A stretch of 63,929 nucleotides of DNA, the filler included, from Octopus bimaculoides (taxonomy: Eukaryota), in assembly GCF_001194135.2 (NCBI RefSeq). It is 7 parts of 7 records of this genome, joined end to end, with 100 filler letters (N's around TTAATTAATTAA, not from the genome) between each part and the next. Parts side by side here need not be neighbours in the genome. Positions count along the whole stretch, not along the records: positions 23,488 to 43,252 come from NC_068983.1; positions 43,353 to 48,330 come from NW_026390091.1; positions 48,431 to 52,625 come from NW_026394884.1; 4 more parts are not named here. One strand, written 5' to 3'. The position numbers and the translations under genes are program-made. Under the pieces are notes generated by a model, which saw only the letters and a program-made list of their open reading frames with translations, had not been told where the DNA came from and did not search any database. Shown in pieces: positions 39,090 through 50,239 of this stretch; the first letter of the stretch is position 1, and the number at the start of each line of letters is the position of its first letter.

Positions 39090-39760
39090 GGCATCGGATG
39101 GATATTGCTGGAGGCATAATCTGGTTCTTAAGATTCTCTTGTTGCAAGAAACCAAATTGTTTTAATCCACAGTGGAAAAACTATAACAAACCAGCCAGAG
39201 ATTTTATCACCTTTGTGTGTCCAGAATAACAAATCTGTTCAAAGAAGGAATTTCCTATGAACAATGAAAAGTGGAATGGTTGTTGGAAGGTAGCTGCAGA
39301 TTTTCCAGGGTATCAAGGGTTCTTTCTCAACCAGCTGTTATTATATGGTATGAGGAAAAGAAAGTGTGAAATCTGGTCGAGTTGATGGTTCTCTATGAAG
39401 ATAGTATAGACACTCTTCAGACTTAAAAGCTGGACTGTTATGAACAACATCTCCTTGAGGAATGTAAAGATGCAGGCTGGAAAATAGAGGATTCATTGGA
39501 AACAGAATGAAGTGATGGTTGTTGTTCTTAGGCCTAACTCAATGTAAAGCAAATACAATCATGAGCGATATCCAGGCTACAGCGGAGAAGGCAAGCCACT
39601 AGATTTAGTTAAAAAGAGATGATGAGCACTGGCTAGAAGAATATTGAGTGAAGTCTATGAACTAGTTGATCTAGCAAGTGGGGCTGGTATGCATTAGTGT
39701 CATGAGGAAGGCCTTGAAATGGCATGCATTCTCTCCTGATGACCCCATAAGCCTGCTAGT
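39090..39760 (+). mobile_element. Decayed REL-domain (HERO/NeSL-like) retrotransposon 3' region
   Basis: Remnant peptides in order: WRHNLVLKIL, EEKKV*NLVELMVLYEDSID, LLEECKDAGWK, IQATAEKASH. Confidence 0.6.
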
Positions 39761-40629
39761 GTCTGGTGTGTGGAACTTTCAGCTGGTAGCACTTGTATCT
39801 GCAAGTTGTTTGCAAATAATCTAAATGTGTATGTGTGTGCATGTGTATATGTATGTGTTTGTGTCTCCTTGTCTTGACATCACGCACTACATCATAAGAA
39901 ATCTTCACTGTCATACAAACAATGGCCTTTGTTCCCAACCTGCTGTAAAAGCTTGTTTGGTCATGAGGAAATATTTCCTTGCTTGGAAGCAAGGAAGGGC
40001 ATCTGGCTGTAGAAAATCTGCCTCTATGAATTCTGTCTGACTCATACAATCATGGAATGGTTTACATTAAAACAATGACGAAGAGGATGGTAGTTATGGT
40101 GATAGCTTTTGTTTTAGGGATCAGTTTTATTAACATTTCCATTGAAGTTAGCCTTGAGACTATTGCAAAAGAAGTAAATATTAATTTTAACTGAATGTCA
40201 TTCATGCTCCCTGTGTTGGGGGAAATAACAAGCACCTGAAATGGAAAAGACTAGAAAAAATAGCAAGTGTATTTCTGCCAAACCATTAGCACTATATGAT
40301 ATGTAAGTCTATATATAATACTCACTCCTGATGAATTAAAATCACTTTTTGTGATTGTTATTTTAATATTACACTTTATATATACGTTTATTTGTCTTTT
40401 CTTATTTGTAAATTTACAGTTCTGTTCCTGTAACTCATTTCCTAGAGCCTTTTCTGTGACCCTTATTTTGTGCTTCTCCTAGATTTTATTTCTTTATTTT
40501 CGAATATGAATGCCTGTGAATTTGCTTTTATTTGGTATGGGGCTTCTCTTATTCTTTTCTATTTATTAAAAACAAACAAAACAAAAAAACACTTTATGAA
40601 TGAGAATAAAACTGTTTACATTTCAGAGT

Positions 40630-40768
40630 TAGATAGAATTTCACTGTTTACATTTAAATAGAAATCAAAATAAAATTATTTACTCGAATAAAACATGTTA
40701 AGATAGAATTTCACTGTTTACATTTAAATAGGAATCAAAATAAGATTATCTACTGGAATAAAACATGT
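40630..40768. repeat. 70-bp tandem duplication
   Basis: agatagaatttcactgtttacatttaaatag.aatcaaaataa.attat.tact.gaataaaacatgtt occurs twice. Confidence 0.85.
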
Positions 40769-42483
40769 TTACCTTCACAGTTTCCATAAAGAAGAAAAAC
40801 ATTCTCCTCCTCCTCCCTTCCTACTCCTGGGTGTTTCTTTTTCAGTTTACTTCTTACTACATCGAATTACTTATTGCACAAGTTAGCTAGAATTGTGACA
40901 TTGTTGCAGCAGTAGTGATGCTGGTTATGCTGATGCACTGTAAAAGTGATATAACTCTTCGGTTGAAGCAACAATTACAAAACAGTGTTCCTGTTCTTTA
41001 CTAATCAACTTAAATGAGGAAAATTTGAAGGTCACCATTTCCCCGCTCAACAACTACTTCATCATCCACTTTTAGCATGTCTGTTATTTATCTACAGTCA
41101 ATATCTCATTATTTCTACTCAGCTTTGAGTGTTCTTTGTCTACCTGACCTGCAGAACAGCGTGGTGTATATTTCACGTTCAGTCAGCTGATTATGGAAAG
41201 CTTTAGCATCTCTAGAATTTGGTGGTCATTTTGGGGGAAATACCTGGCATCTTTGTTTATGGATAAGAATTACTGCTATAAGCGGTTAGTACCTGGACTA
41301 TTTTTATTCTGTTGTTATTTTTGGTCAAGTTAAATCATTTATTGATTTCCTTTCTTAGGTTCCATTATACATACACACTCACATGTGTGCACACACACGC
41401 CCGCACGCTCATTTATGTGTGTGTGTGTGTGTGTGTGTGAGATTTTGTCCTGAAATTTGATTAAAATATTTTCAGTTAATATTTCCATTTTTATATTGTT
41501 TCATATGTGGTCTTTGTATTTTGCAGATGTTTTTTTTTTTTTTTAATATTAAAACATGTAATTTCAATTTTAGTTTTAAATAAATAGCAGTTTAACTTTC
41601 TTTTAGTGACTAAATGTAGCTTAAGTTAGACAATTATTTATCAGAAAACAAAACCAAAAGACATTGCTTAATGATATTATTTTGTCTCAGAATATATTTT
41701 ACGATGTAACATACACAAAAGTGTACATATGCACACACGCACACACACACAAACACATTGTATCTGTTTAATATTTTTGTTTTACTAATGCACAATATAC
41801 TTATTGTTTGATTTGTATGTATGTGTGCGTGTGCACTCATACATGCATACATGTTTGCATACTGGTTTAACTTGAAATTGCAATACAATGATCTAAACGC
41901 ACACAAAATAAAAACTCTATTTTACGCTGTTCTTCTTTCTCTCTTTCACCCACCACAACACCCTCACACCACCACCATCATGAATGACAGTTTGAAATCG
42001 AGCTTAAGGAGCCTCTATGTAGTTACTCAATCTGCTACAAATAGCTGTCAAATCTTCAGATCACGCCCCTACTCTCTTAAGACAGGAAGGACACATTAGA
42101 TAATGTGTTCTGGATTTATTATTTCTGAAAAAAAAAACAAAAAAAAAGAGACGGGATAGTCATGGCTGGATTTCCTTCAGGGCTGGCCTACATGTAAAGA
42201 ACACTTGCTACTATTTGAAATATGTATTCAGTGTGTTTGTGTTACTGAAACCAACACCAAAATCTCTTTTCTTTTTTCTATTAGTATACTGGTTGATATG
42301 GAGAATGAGCTTACTTGGTAATTTATATTGGAACTAGAAATTTGATTTATATCAGCAGTGTATGACTCATACTTTTTTTTTAATATTATTGAAGATTGTG
42401 CTTTATAGATATTACTTGCTGTTTTCCAAATATATGTGTATAAGTGCACACATGTTAAAAAAATATTTTTTATGGAAATTTGT

Positions 42484-42543
<60 letters not shown>

Positions 42544-43016
42544 AGTTTGTTAGGGAGAAAGACAATTTTGTAAGGTCATAAATATTTTATTTTTACTGTT
42601 CATTTGATTAAAAATTTACTGTTTTAATTTGTACTTTGGGGTCTAAGTGTTATTTAAACTTGAAATAATAATGATAATAATAATAATAATAATAAATTTA
42701 CTATTTCAAAGTTAAAATAATGCAGCTTCTGAGAAACTTAGTTATTTGTGTGCAGAATAATTTTCTGTGTATACATGTATGTGCATGTAATATGTGTTTG
42801 TACATGCAAGTATCATTTATATGCACCCCCACAACACACAGTCATATGTATGTGTGTGTATGTATATATACACCTGCACATAAATATGCATGTGTATATA
42901 CATATAAGCAAATACTTGTTTATTGTACACACATGCATAAGCACACAATTTCCTTTCTGCAAAAACATAACGGTACTTTGCTAGAAGTGTGTAGACTTTG
43001 ATGTCTGAATTTATTT

Positions 43017-43060
<44 letters not shown>

Positions 43061-43400
43061 CAAACAGTAAATGAGTATATGCATATATATGTACAGGTAT
43101 GTGCATACCGACATCCATCTGTATGTATAGGTGCATATCTGGGTACAGGACATTGCAAACAAAACGTAGACAAGAAAACACACAAGCCACATAGAGAACA
43201 TTCTACTTCATCAGCTACCCCCATTTTAACACCGGCGTTTTGAAGAGCTGGGNNNNNNNNNNNNNNNNNNNNNNNNNNNNNNNNNNNNNNNNNNNNTTAA
43301 TTAATTAANNNNNNNNNNNNNNNNNNNNNNNNNNNNNNNNNNNNNNNNNNNNATATATATATACATACATACATATACACACACACACACATACATATGT

Positions 43401-43672
43401 ATTACTCATTTTTGCCAGCTGAGTGGACTGGAGTCCACTGAGTCCAGTAGAGTCCACTGAGTCCAGTAGAGTCCACTGGAGTCCAATAGAATCCACTGAG
43501 TCCACTAGAGTCCACTGGAGTCCAGTAGAGTCCATTGGAGCCCAATGATTACTCATTTTTGCCAGCTGAGTGGAATGTGAAATGAAGTGTCTTACCCAAG
43601 GGCACAACGCGTTGCCCAGTCCAGGAATTGAAACTACAATCTTACGATCATAAGTCCAAACACAACCGCTCT
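43401..43672 (-). repeat. SINE family F with duplicated 3' end enclosing an (AGTCCA[CG]T)-type minisatellite
   Basis: attactcatttttgccagctgagtgga at 43401-43427 and 43548-43574. About 12 units of 8-10 bp lie at 43431-43545. Confidence 0.8.
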
Positions 43673-43715
43673 GTGTGTGTGTGTGTGTATGTGGGGAAGG
43701 AGCTATGTGACTTAC

Positions 43716-43827
43716 CAAGGGAAGTAACTGCCAGCCAAAGTCTGCCACCATCTTGAGAGCTTTGAGGATGTAGTCGATGGTGGCGTCGTCGTAGAAGAAA
43801 GGAAGGTTGAGACGGGTGAAACCAGGC
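43716..43827 (-). CDS. Internal coding exon of a class-V PLP-dependent aminotransferase / cysteine-desulfurase-like protein (C-terminal region)
   Basis: Acceptor tttcttccctccag|, donor |gtaagt. 112 bp = 1 nt + 37 codons: (R)PGFTRLNLPFFYDDATIDYILKALKMVADFGWQLLPL. C-ending codon bias. The PG-x2-R-x-S/N motif is typical of this fold. Confidence 0.72.
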
Positions 43828-44081
43828 CTGGAGGGAAGAAAGAGCAGACATGACATGGAGAGACATACACAGACGTGTGCAGTAGTTGTGAGGGTGAGGT
43901 CATGTGACATTGGAGTGATTCTCCCACCGTCTAGAGAACCACATACACAGATTGAATAACACAGAAGTAAATAGAATAAAACCAGAAAAAAGAACGGAAA
44001 GAACAAAGTAAGTGCGAAGGGGATGAAAGAAAGAAAGAAAGAAAGAAAGAATCAGAGAGTCGTATATATATATATATATAT

Positions 44082-44353
44082 TAGCATGGGTTGGACGATT
44101 TGACTGAGTACTGGTGGAACCAGATGGCTACACCAGGCTCCAATCTGATTTGGCAGAGTTTCTACAGCTGGATGCCCTTCGTAAAAGCACCCACTACACT
44201 CTCGGAGGGGTTGGCGTCAGGAAGGGCATCCAGCTGTAGAAACTCTGCCAGATCAGATTGGAGCCTGGTGTAGCCATCTGGTTTCACCAGTCCTCAGTCA
44301 AATCATTCCACCCATGCTAGCATGGAAAGCGGACGTTAAACGATGATGATGAC
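44082..44353 (+). mobile_element. Family C retroposon
   Basis: An inverted partial copy followed by aaagcacccactacactc...gacgttaaacgatgatgatg. Confidence 0.75.
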
Positions 44354-45169
44354 NNNNNNNNNNNNNNNNNNNNNNNNNNNNNNNNNNNNNNNNNNNNNNN
44401 NNNNNNNNNNNNNNNNNNNNNNNNNNNNNNNNNNNNNNNNNNNNNNNNNNNNNNNNNNNNNNNNNNNNNNNNNNNNNNNNNNNNNNNNNNNNNNNNNNNN
44501 NNNNNNNNNNNNNNNNNNNNNNNNNNNNNNNNNNNNNNNNNNNNNNNNNNNNNNNNNNNNNNNNNNNNNNNNNNNNNNNNNNNNNNNNNNNNNNNNNNNN
44601 NNNNNNNNNNNNNNNNNNNNNNNNNNNNNNNNNNNNNNNNNNNNNNNNNNNNNNNNNNNNNNNNNNNNNNNNNNNNNNNNNNNNNNNNNNNNNNNNNNNN
44701 NNNNNNNNNNNNNNNNNNNNNNNNNNNNNNNNNNNNNNNNNNNNNNNNNNNNNNNNNNNNNNNNNNNNNNNNNNNNNNNNNNNNNNNNNNNNNNNNNNNN
44801 NNNNNNNNNNNNNNNNNNNNNNNNNNNNNNNNNNNNNNNNNNNNNNNNNNNNNNNNNNNNNNNNNNNNNNNNNNNNNNNNNNNNNNNNNNNNNNNNNNNN
44901 NNNNNNNNNNNNNNNNNNNNNNNNNNNNNNNNNNNNNNNNNNNNNNNNNNNNNNNNNNNNNNNNNNNNNNNNNNNNNNNNNNNNNNNNNNNNNNNNNNNN
45001 NNNNNNNNNNNNNNNNNNNNNNNNNNNNNNNNNNNNNNNNNNNNNNCAACTGGAAAAAAAAAAACAACAAACAAAATAAATAAGAAATAGAAAATAATTA
45101 GAAAAATGCAAATAAACGAACATATTACAAATTTTCATCAACATAGCTTTTCATTTGGCTTCTGTTTTC

Positions 45170-45387
45170 GTGGCCATTGCCAGTACCGCCTGACTGGCCC
45201 TCGTGCCGGTGGCACGTAAAAGCACCCACTACACTCTCTGAGTGGTTGGCGTTAGGAAGGGCCTCCAGCTGTAGAAACTCTGCCAGATCAGATTGGAGCC
45301 TGGTGTAGCCATCTGGTTTCACCAGTCCTCAGTCAAATCATTCCACCCATGCTAGCATGGAAAGCGGACGTTAAACGATGATGATGA
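45170..45387 (+). mobile_element. Family C retroposon
   Basis: gtggccattgccagtaccgcc...gccggtggcacgtaaaagcaccc...gttaaacgatgatgatg. Confidence 0.8.
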
Positions 45388-45938
45388 CCTTGTTGGCTCC
45401 TGAGATGTGTCAGAGGTGAAGGTCTTAAAAATCCTCCTAAGTGTTAAAAAATGGAATCAAATATTTTATATGATTAAAAAACTAAGGAATGGCTGTGCGG
45501 TAAGAAGCTTGCTTCCCAGCCACATAGTTTCAAGTTCAGTCCCACTGCGTGGCACCTTGGACAACATAGCTTTTCATTTGGCTTCTGTTTTTAAACCTGT
45601 TTTACTTTTCCCATAATGGCACAGGTTAGAGGGGTTCTCAACCATTCCTTATCTATGGACTCCTTTAATTATTATTTTCTTCCTGTGCTCCCACCTCATA
45701 GATATAAAACTACATTTCTATATTTAAGAGACGAAGAATTGCGTACATTATTTACATTCGATGGATATTTGTCCTCATCTTGTTTGTTGTTAACACAATG
45801 TCATGCCTAAAATAATTAAGATGTAATTAAAACCAATTAAGAAGAAGAAGATATCCTTACTTCTCTTTGTTGTTGATGAATCTTGTGAAGACATTTGCCA
45901 GACTCTCAGAGATACCAAGTAACATCTGTAGAAATAAC

Positions 45939-45998
<60 letters not shown>

Positions 45999-46195
45999 TG
46001 CCCTGATGCAGTACCAGGCAGTAGCTCTCATGGCTTCTGATCTTAATTGATTGGAAGTGTTATCATGTACATTGTTTTGTCTTGGTATAAAAGATGGGTT
46101 TTACAGCAAATATCCTGCTCAATACCATAGATTTGCTTGTCAGTTGTTTGACCTTAACCGGTTGAGCATGTTCCTTTGTGGCTGACGATATGTGC
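45999..46195 (-). mobile_element. 3' end of a non-LTR element inserted in an (AAT)n tract; remainder in gap
   Basis: Starts immediately after (AAT)n. tgtagaaataacaataataat is repeated on both sides of the gap (45928 and 47157). The minus frame HISSATKEHAQPVKVKQLTSKS is open. Confidence 0.45.
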
Positions 46196-47168
46196 NNNNN
46201 NNNNNNNNNNNNNNNNNNNNNNNNNNNNNNNNNNNNNNNNNNNNNNNNNNNNNNNNNNNNNNNNNNNNNNNNNNNNNNNNNNNNNNNNNNNNNNNNNNNN
46301 NNNNNNNNNNNNNNNNNNNNNNNNNNNNNNNNNNNNNNNNNNNNNNNNNNNNNNNNNNNNNNNNNNNNNNNNNNNNNNNNNNNNNNNNNNNNNNNNNNNN
46401 NNNNNNNNNNNNNNNNNNNNNNNNNNNNNNNNNNNNNNNNNNNNNNNNNNNNNNNNNNNNNNNNNNNNNNNNNNNNNNNNNNNNNNNNNNNNNNNNNNNN
46501 NNNNNNNNNNNNNNNNNNNNNNNNNNNNNNNNNNNNNNNNNNNNNNNNNNNNNNNNNNNNNNNNNNNNNNNNNNNNNNNNNNNNNNNNNNNNNNNNNNNN
46601 NNNNNNNNNNNNNNNNNNNNNNNNNNNNNNNNNNNNNNNNNNNNNNNNNNNNNNNNNNNNNNNNNNNNNNNNNNNNNNNNNNNNNNNNNNNNNNNNNNNN
46701 NNNNNNNNNNNNNNNNNNNNNNNNNNNNNNNNNNNNNNNNNNNNNNNNNNNNNNNNNNNNNNNNNNNNNNNNNNNNNNNNNNNNNNNNNNNNNNNNNNNN
46801 NNNNNNNNNNNNNNNNNNNNNNNNNNNNNNNNNNNNNNNNNNNNNNNNNNNNNNNNNNNNNNNNNNNNNNNNNNNNNNNNNNNNNNNNNNNNNNNNNNNN
46901 NNNNNNNNNNNNNNNNNNNNNNNNNNNNNNNNNNNNNNNNNNNNNNNNNNNNNNNNNNNNNNNNNNNNNNNNNNNNNNNNNNNNNNNNNNNNNNNNNNNN
47001 NNNNNNNNNNNNNNNNNNNNNNNNNNNNNNNNNNNNNNNNNNNNNNNNNNNNNNNNNNNNNNNNNNNNNNNNNNNNNNNNNNNNNNNNNNNNNNNNNNNN
47101 NNNNNNNNNNNNNNNNNNNNNNNNNNNNNNNNNNNNNNNNNNNNNNNNNNNNNNNNTGTAGAAATAAC

Positions 47169-47212
<44 letters not shown>

Positions 47213-47231
47213 TAATAATAATAATAATAAT

Positions 47232-47448
47232 TCTTTCTACTGAAGGCACAGGGCCTGAAATTTTGCGGGGAGAGGGGCTAGTCAATTACATCGACCCCAG
47301 TACGCGACTGGTACTTAATTTATCGACCCCGAAAGGATGAAAGGTAAAGTCGACCTCGGTGGGATTTGAACTCAAAACGTAAGGACAGGCGAAATTCCGC
47401 TAACCATTTCACCCAGCGGGCTGATGGTTCTGCCAGCTCACCACCTTA
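47232..47448 (-). mobile_element. SINE family A
   Basis: ttctttctactgaaggcacagggcctgaaatttt...gtcgacctcggtgggatttgaactc...ctgccagctcaccacc. Confidence 0.85.
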
Positions 47449-47649
47449 ATAACAACAACAACAATAATAATAATAATAATAACAATAATAATAATAATAA
47501 TAACAACAATAATAATAATGAAAATATGGAACAAGAAGTAGTAATAGCTTCCTGTAAAGTTACATGTATTTCGCCATCTGTTTTAAATGAGTGACAGGGG
47601 AGAGGGTAAGGGATTTAGGGATTTAAGGATTAGGGGTTAGGGGTTAGGG

Positions 47650-48030
47650 TGCGGGAGGATTGTTTTTGTAGTCTGACATGTGTGTGTGTATGTCTGGATG
47701 TATTTGTCTCTGTGTATGTACGTATGTGTAGATATGAGTGTGTGTGTATGTGTGTGTGTGTATGTGTGTGTGTAAATGTACGTGTATATACAAATGTGTG
47801 TAAATGTACGTGTATATACAAATGTGTGTATGTGTACATAAACATGTGTGTGCATGCAAATGAATGTGTGTATGTGTGTGTGTGTGTGTACGTGTGCATG
47901 CAAATGAACGTCTTGTTTATATGTGTGTGTGTATGTATATATACGAACATATATATATATATGTATGTAAATGTATCTATGTGTACAATTATTTATGTCA
48001 NNNNNNNNNNNNNNNNNNNNNNNNNNNNAT

Positions 48031-48063
<33 letters not shown>

Positions 48064-48154
48064 GTATGTATATGTATGTGTGTATATGTATGTGTGTATA
48101 TGTATGTGTGTATATAAATACACATACATTTTTGCATGTGTATATAAATTATAA

Positions 48155-48188
<34 letters not shown>

Positions 48189-48330
48189 CAACACACCCAT
48201 AAATATATAATTACATGCACATACACACACATATATATATACATACACACACCAACACACCCATAGATATATAAGTACATGTACATGCACACACACACAC
48301 ACACACACACGTATATATATATATATACAT
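47650..48330. repeat. Long compound (TG)/(TA)/(CA) microsatellite
   Basis: Directly visible. Confidence 0.9.
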
Positions 48331-48430
48331 NNNNNNNNNNNNNNNNNNNNNNNNNNNNNNNNNNNNNNNNNNNNTTAATTAATTAANNNNNNNNNNNNNN
48401 NNNNNNNNNNNNNNNNNNNNNNNNNNNNNN

Positions 48431-50232
48431 AGTTTCTACAGCTGTATGGCCTTCCTAACGCCAACCACTCCAAGAGTGTAGTGGGTGCTTTTACGTGCCA
48501 CCTGCACAGAAGGTAGTCCAACAGCACTGGCAACGATCTCACTTGAATGACTTTTCATGTGACCCCGGCACAAATGCCACGCTCGAACGGTGGTGCCCTC
48601 ACGATTTCGCTTTCGCTTGCCCCAACAGGTCTTCGCAAGCCGAGTTTAGTGTCCAATGAAGGAGACGTTGGCATGGGAGCCATTCGTCGAATTTAGTTCG
48701 ATTTCTATTTCACTTGCCTCAACAGGTATTCGCAAGCAGGGTTCAGTGTCCAATGAAGGAGAGGTACGCATAAGTGGGCTGGCTACATCCCTGGCAGAGG
48801 CCTTGGATTTTGGTCTCACTTGGCTTGCCGGGTCTTCTCACGCACAGCATATTTCCAAAGGTCTCGGTCACTAGTCATTGCCTCGGTGAGGCCTAATGTT
48901 CGGAGGTCGTGCTTCACCACCTCATCCCAGGTCTTCCTGGGCCTGCCTCTTCCACAGGTTCCCTCAACCCCTAGGGCGTGGCACTTTTTCACACAACTAT
49001 CCTCATCCATTCTTGCCACAGAACCATACCAGCGCAATCGTCTCTCTTGTACAACACAACTGATGCTTCTTAGGTTCAACTTTCCTCTCAAGGTACTTAC
49101 ACTACGTCGAGTATGCACACTGACATTAAACATCCACCGGAACATACTGGCTTCATTCCTTTCGAGCTTACGCATGTCCTCAGCAGTCATGGACCATGTT
49201 TCACTGCTATGTAGCATGGCTGTTTGTACACGTGTCATACAGTCTGCCTTTTACTCTGAGCGAGAGGCCCTTTGTCACCAGCAGAGGTAAGAGCTCTCTG
49301 AACTTTGCACAGGCTATTCTTATTCTAGCAGCTACACTTTCAGCGCACCCTCCCCCACTACTAACTTGGTCACCTAGATAGCGGAAGCTATCAACTACGT
49401 CTAGTTTTTCTCCCTGGAATGTGGGAGGAGTTGTTTTCTGCACATTCACAGTGTTTATAGCTCCTGAACATCTGCTACATACAAAAACTAACTTCCTAGT
49501 TAACCTTCCTTTGATGTTGCTGCACCTCTTATGTGTCATAGCTTGCACTGGATGCATCTTATAGAGTTTCTACCTNNNNNNNNNNNNNNNNNNNNNNNNN
49601 NNNNNNNNNNNNNNNNNNNNNNNNNNNNNNNNNNNNNNNNNNNNNNNNNNNNNNNNNNNNNNNNNNNNNNNNNNNNNNNNNNNNNNNNNNNNNNNNNNNN
49701 NNNNNNNNNNNNNNNNNNNNNNNNNNNNNNNNNNNNNNNNNNNNNNNNNNNNNNNNNNNNNNNNNNNNNNNNNNNNNNNNNNNNNNNNNNNNNNNNNNNN
49801 NNNNNNNNNNNNNNNNNNNNNNNNNNNNNNNNNNNNNNNNNNNNNNNNNNNNNNNNNNNNNNNNNNNNNNNNNNNNNNNNNNNNNNNNNNNNNNNNNNNN
49901 NNNNNNNNNNNNNNNNNNNNNNNNNNNNNNNNNNNNNNNNNNNNNNNNNNNNNNNNNNNNNNNNNNNNNNNNNNNNNNNNNNNNNNNNNNNNNNNGGGGC
50001 ATCCTGTCTTGAATTCTTCTGTTATCGCTTGGAGGACTATGATAAATAGGAGGGGGCTGAGGACTGAACCTTGGTGGACCCCTACCTCTACCAGGAGGGG
50101 GCTTTCCCTGTGTTCATACTCTTGATTGCTTTATCTACCAAGGTACTGTCAATTAGGATAGCTGGCCCCTCTGTTGGGTCGACATTCGGCAGACTCTCTT
50201 TCTCCCATTCATTCTCTTTACTTCGTGTGAAG
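48431..50232 (-). mobile_element. RTE LINE fragment (left arm), internally deleted, with 3' UTR and family C tail
   Basis: Minus strand reads ENEWEKESLPNVDPTEGPAILIDSTLVDKAIKSMNTGKAP, jumps to VEVGVHQGSVLSPLLFIIVLQAI, and after the gap continues FRYLGDQVSSGGG...RLRWYGSVARMDEDS...GRGRPRKTW. Confidence 0.9.
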
Positions 50233-50239
50233 CTATATC

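Noticed and set aside
44185-45387. Near-identical family C copies on either side of the 44354-45047 gap
   Set aside because: They share a private variant (tcattccaccc) and flank a gap, so this is probably the same locus assembled twice.
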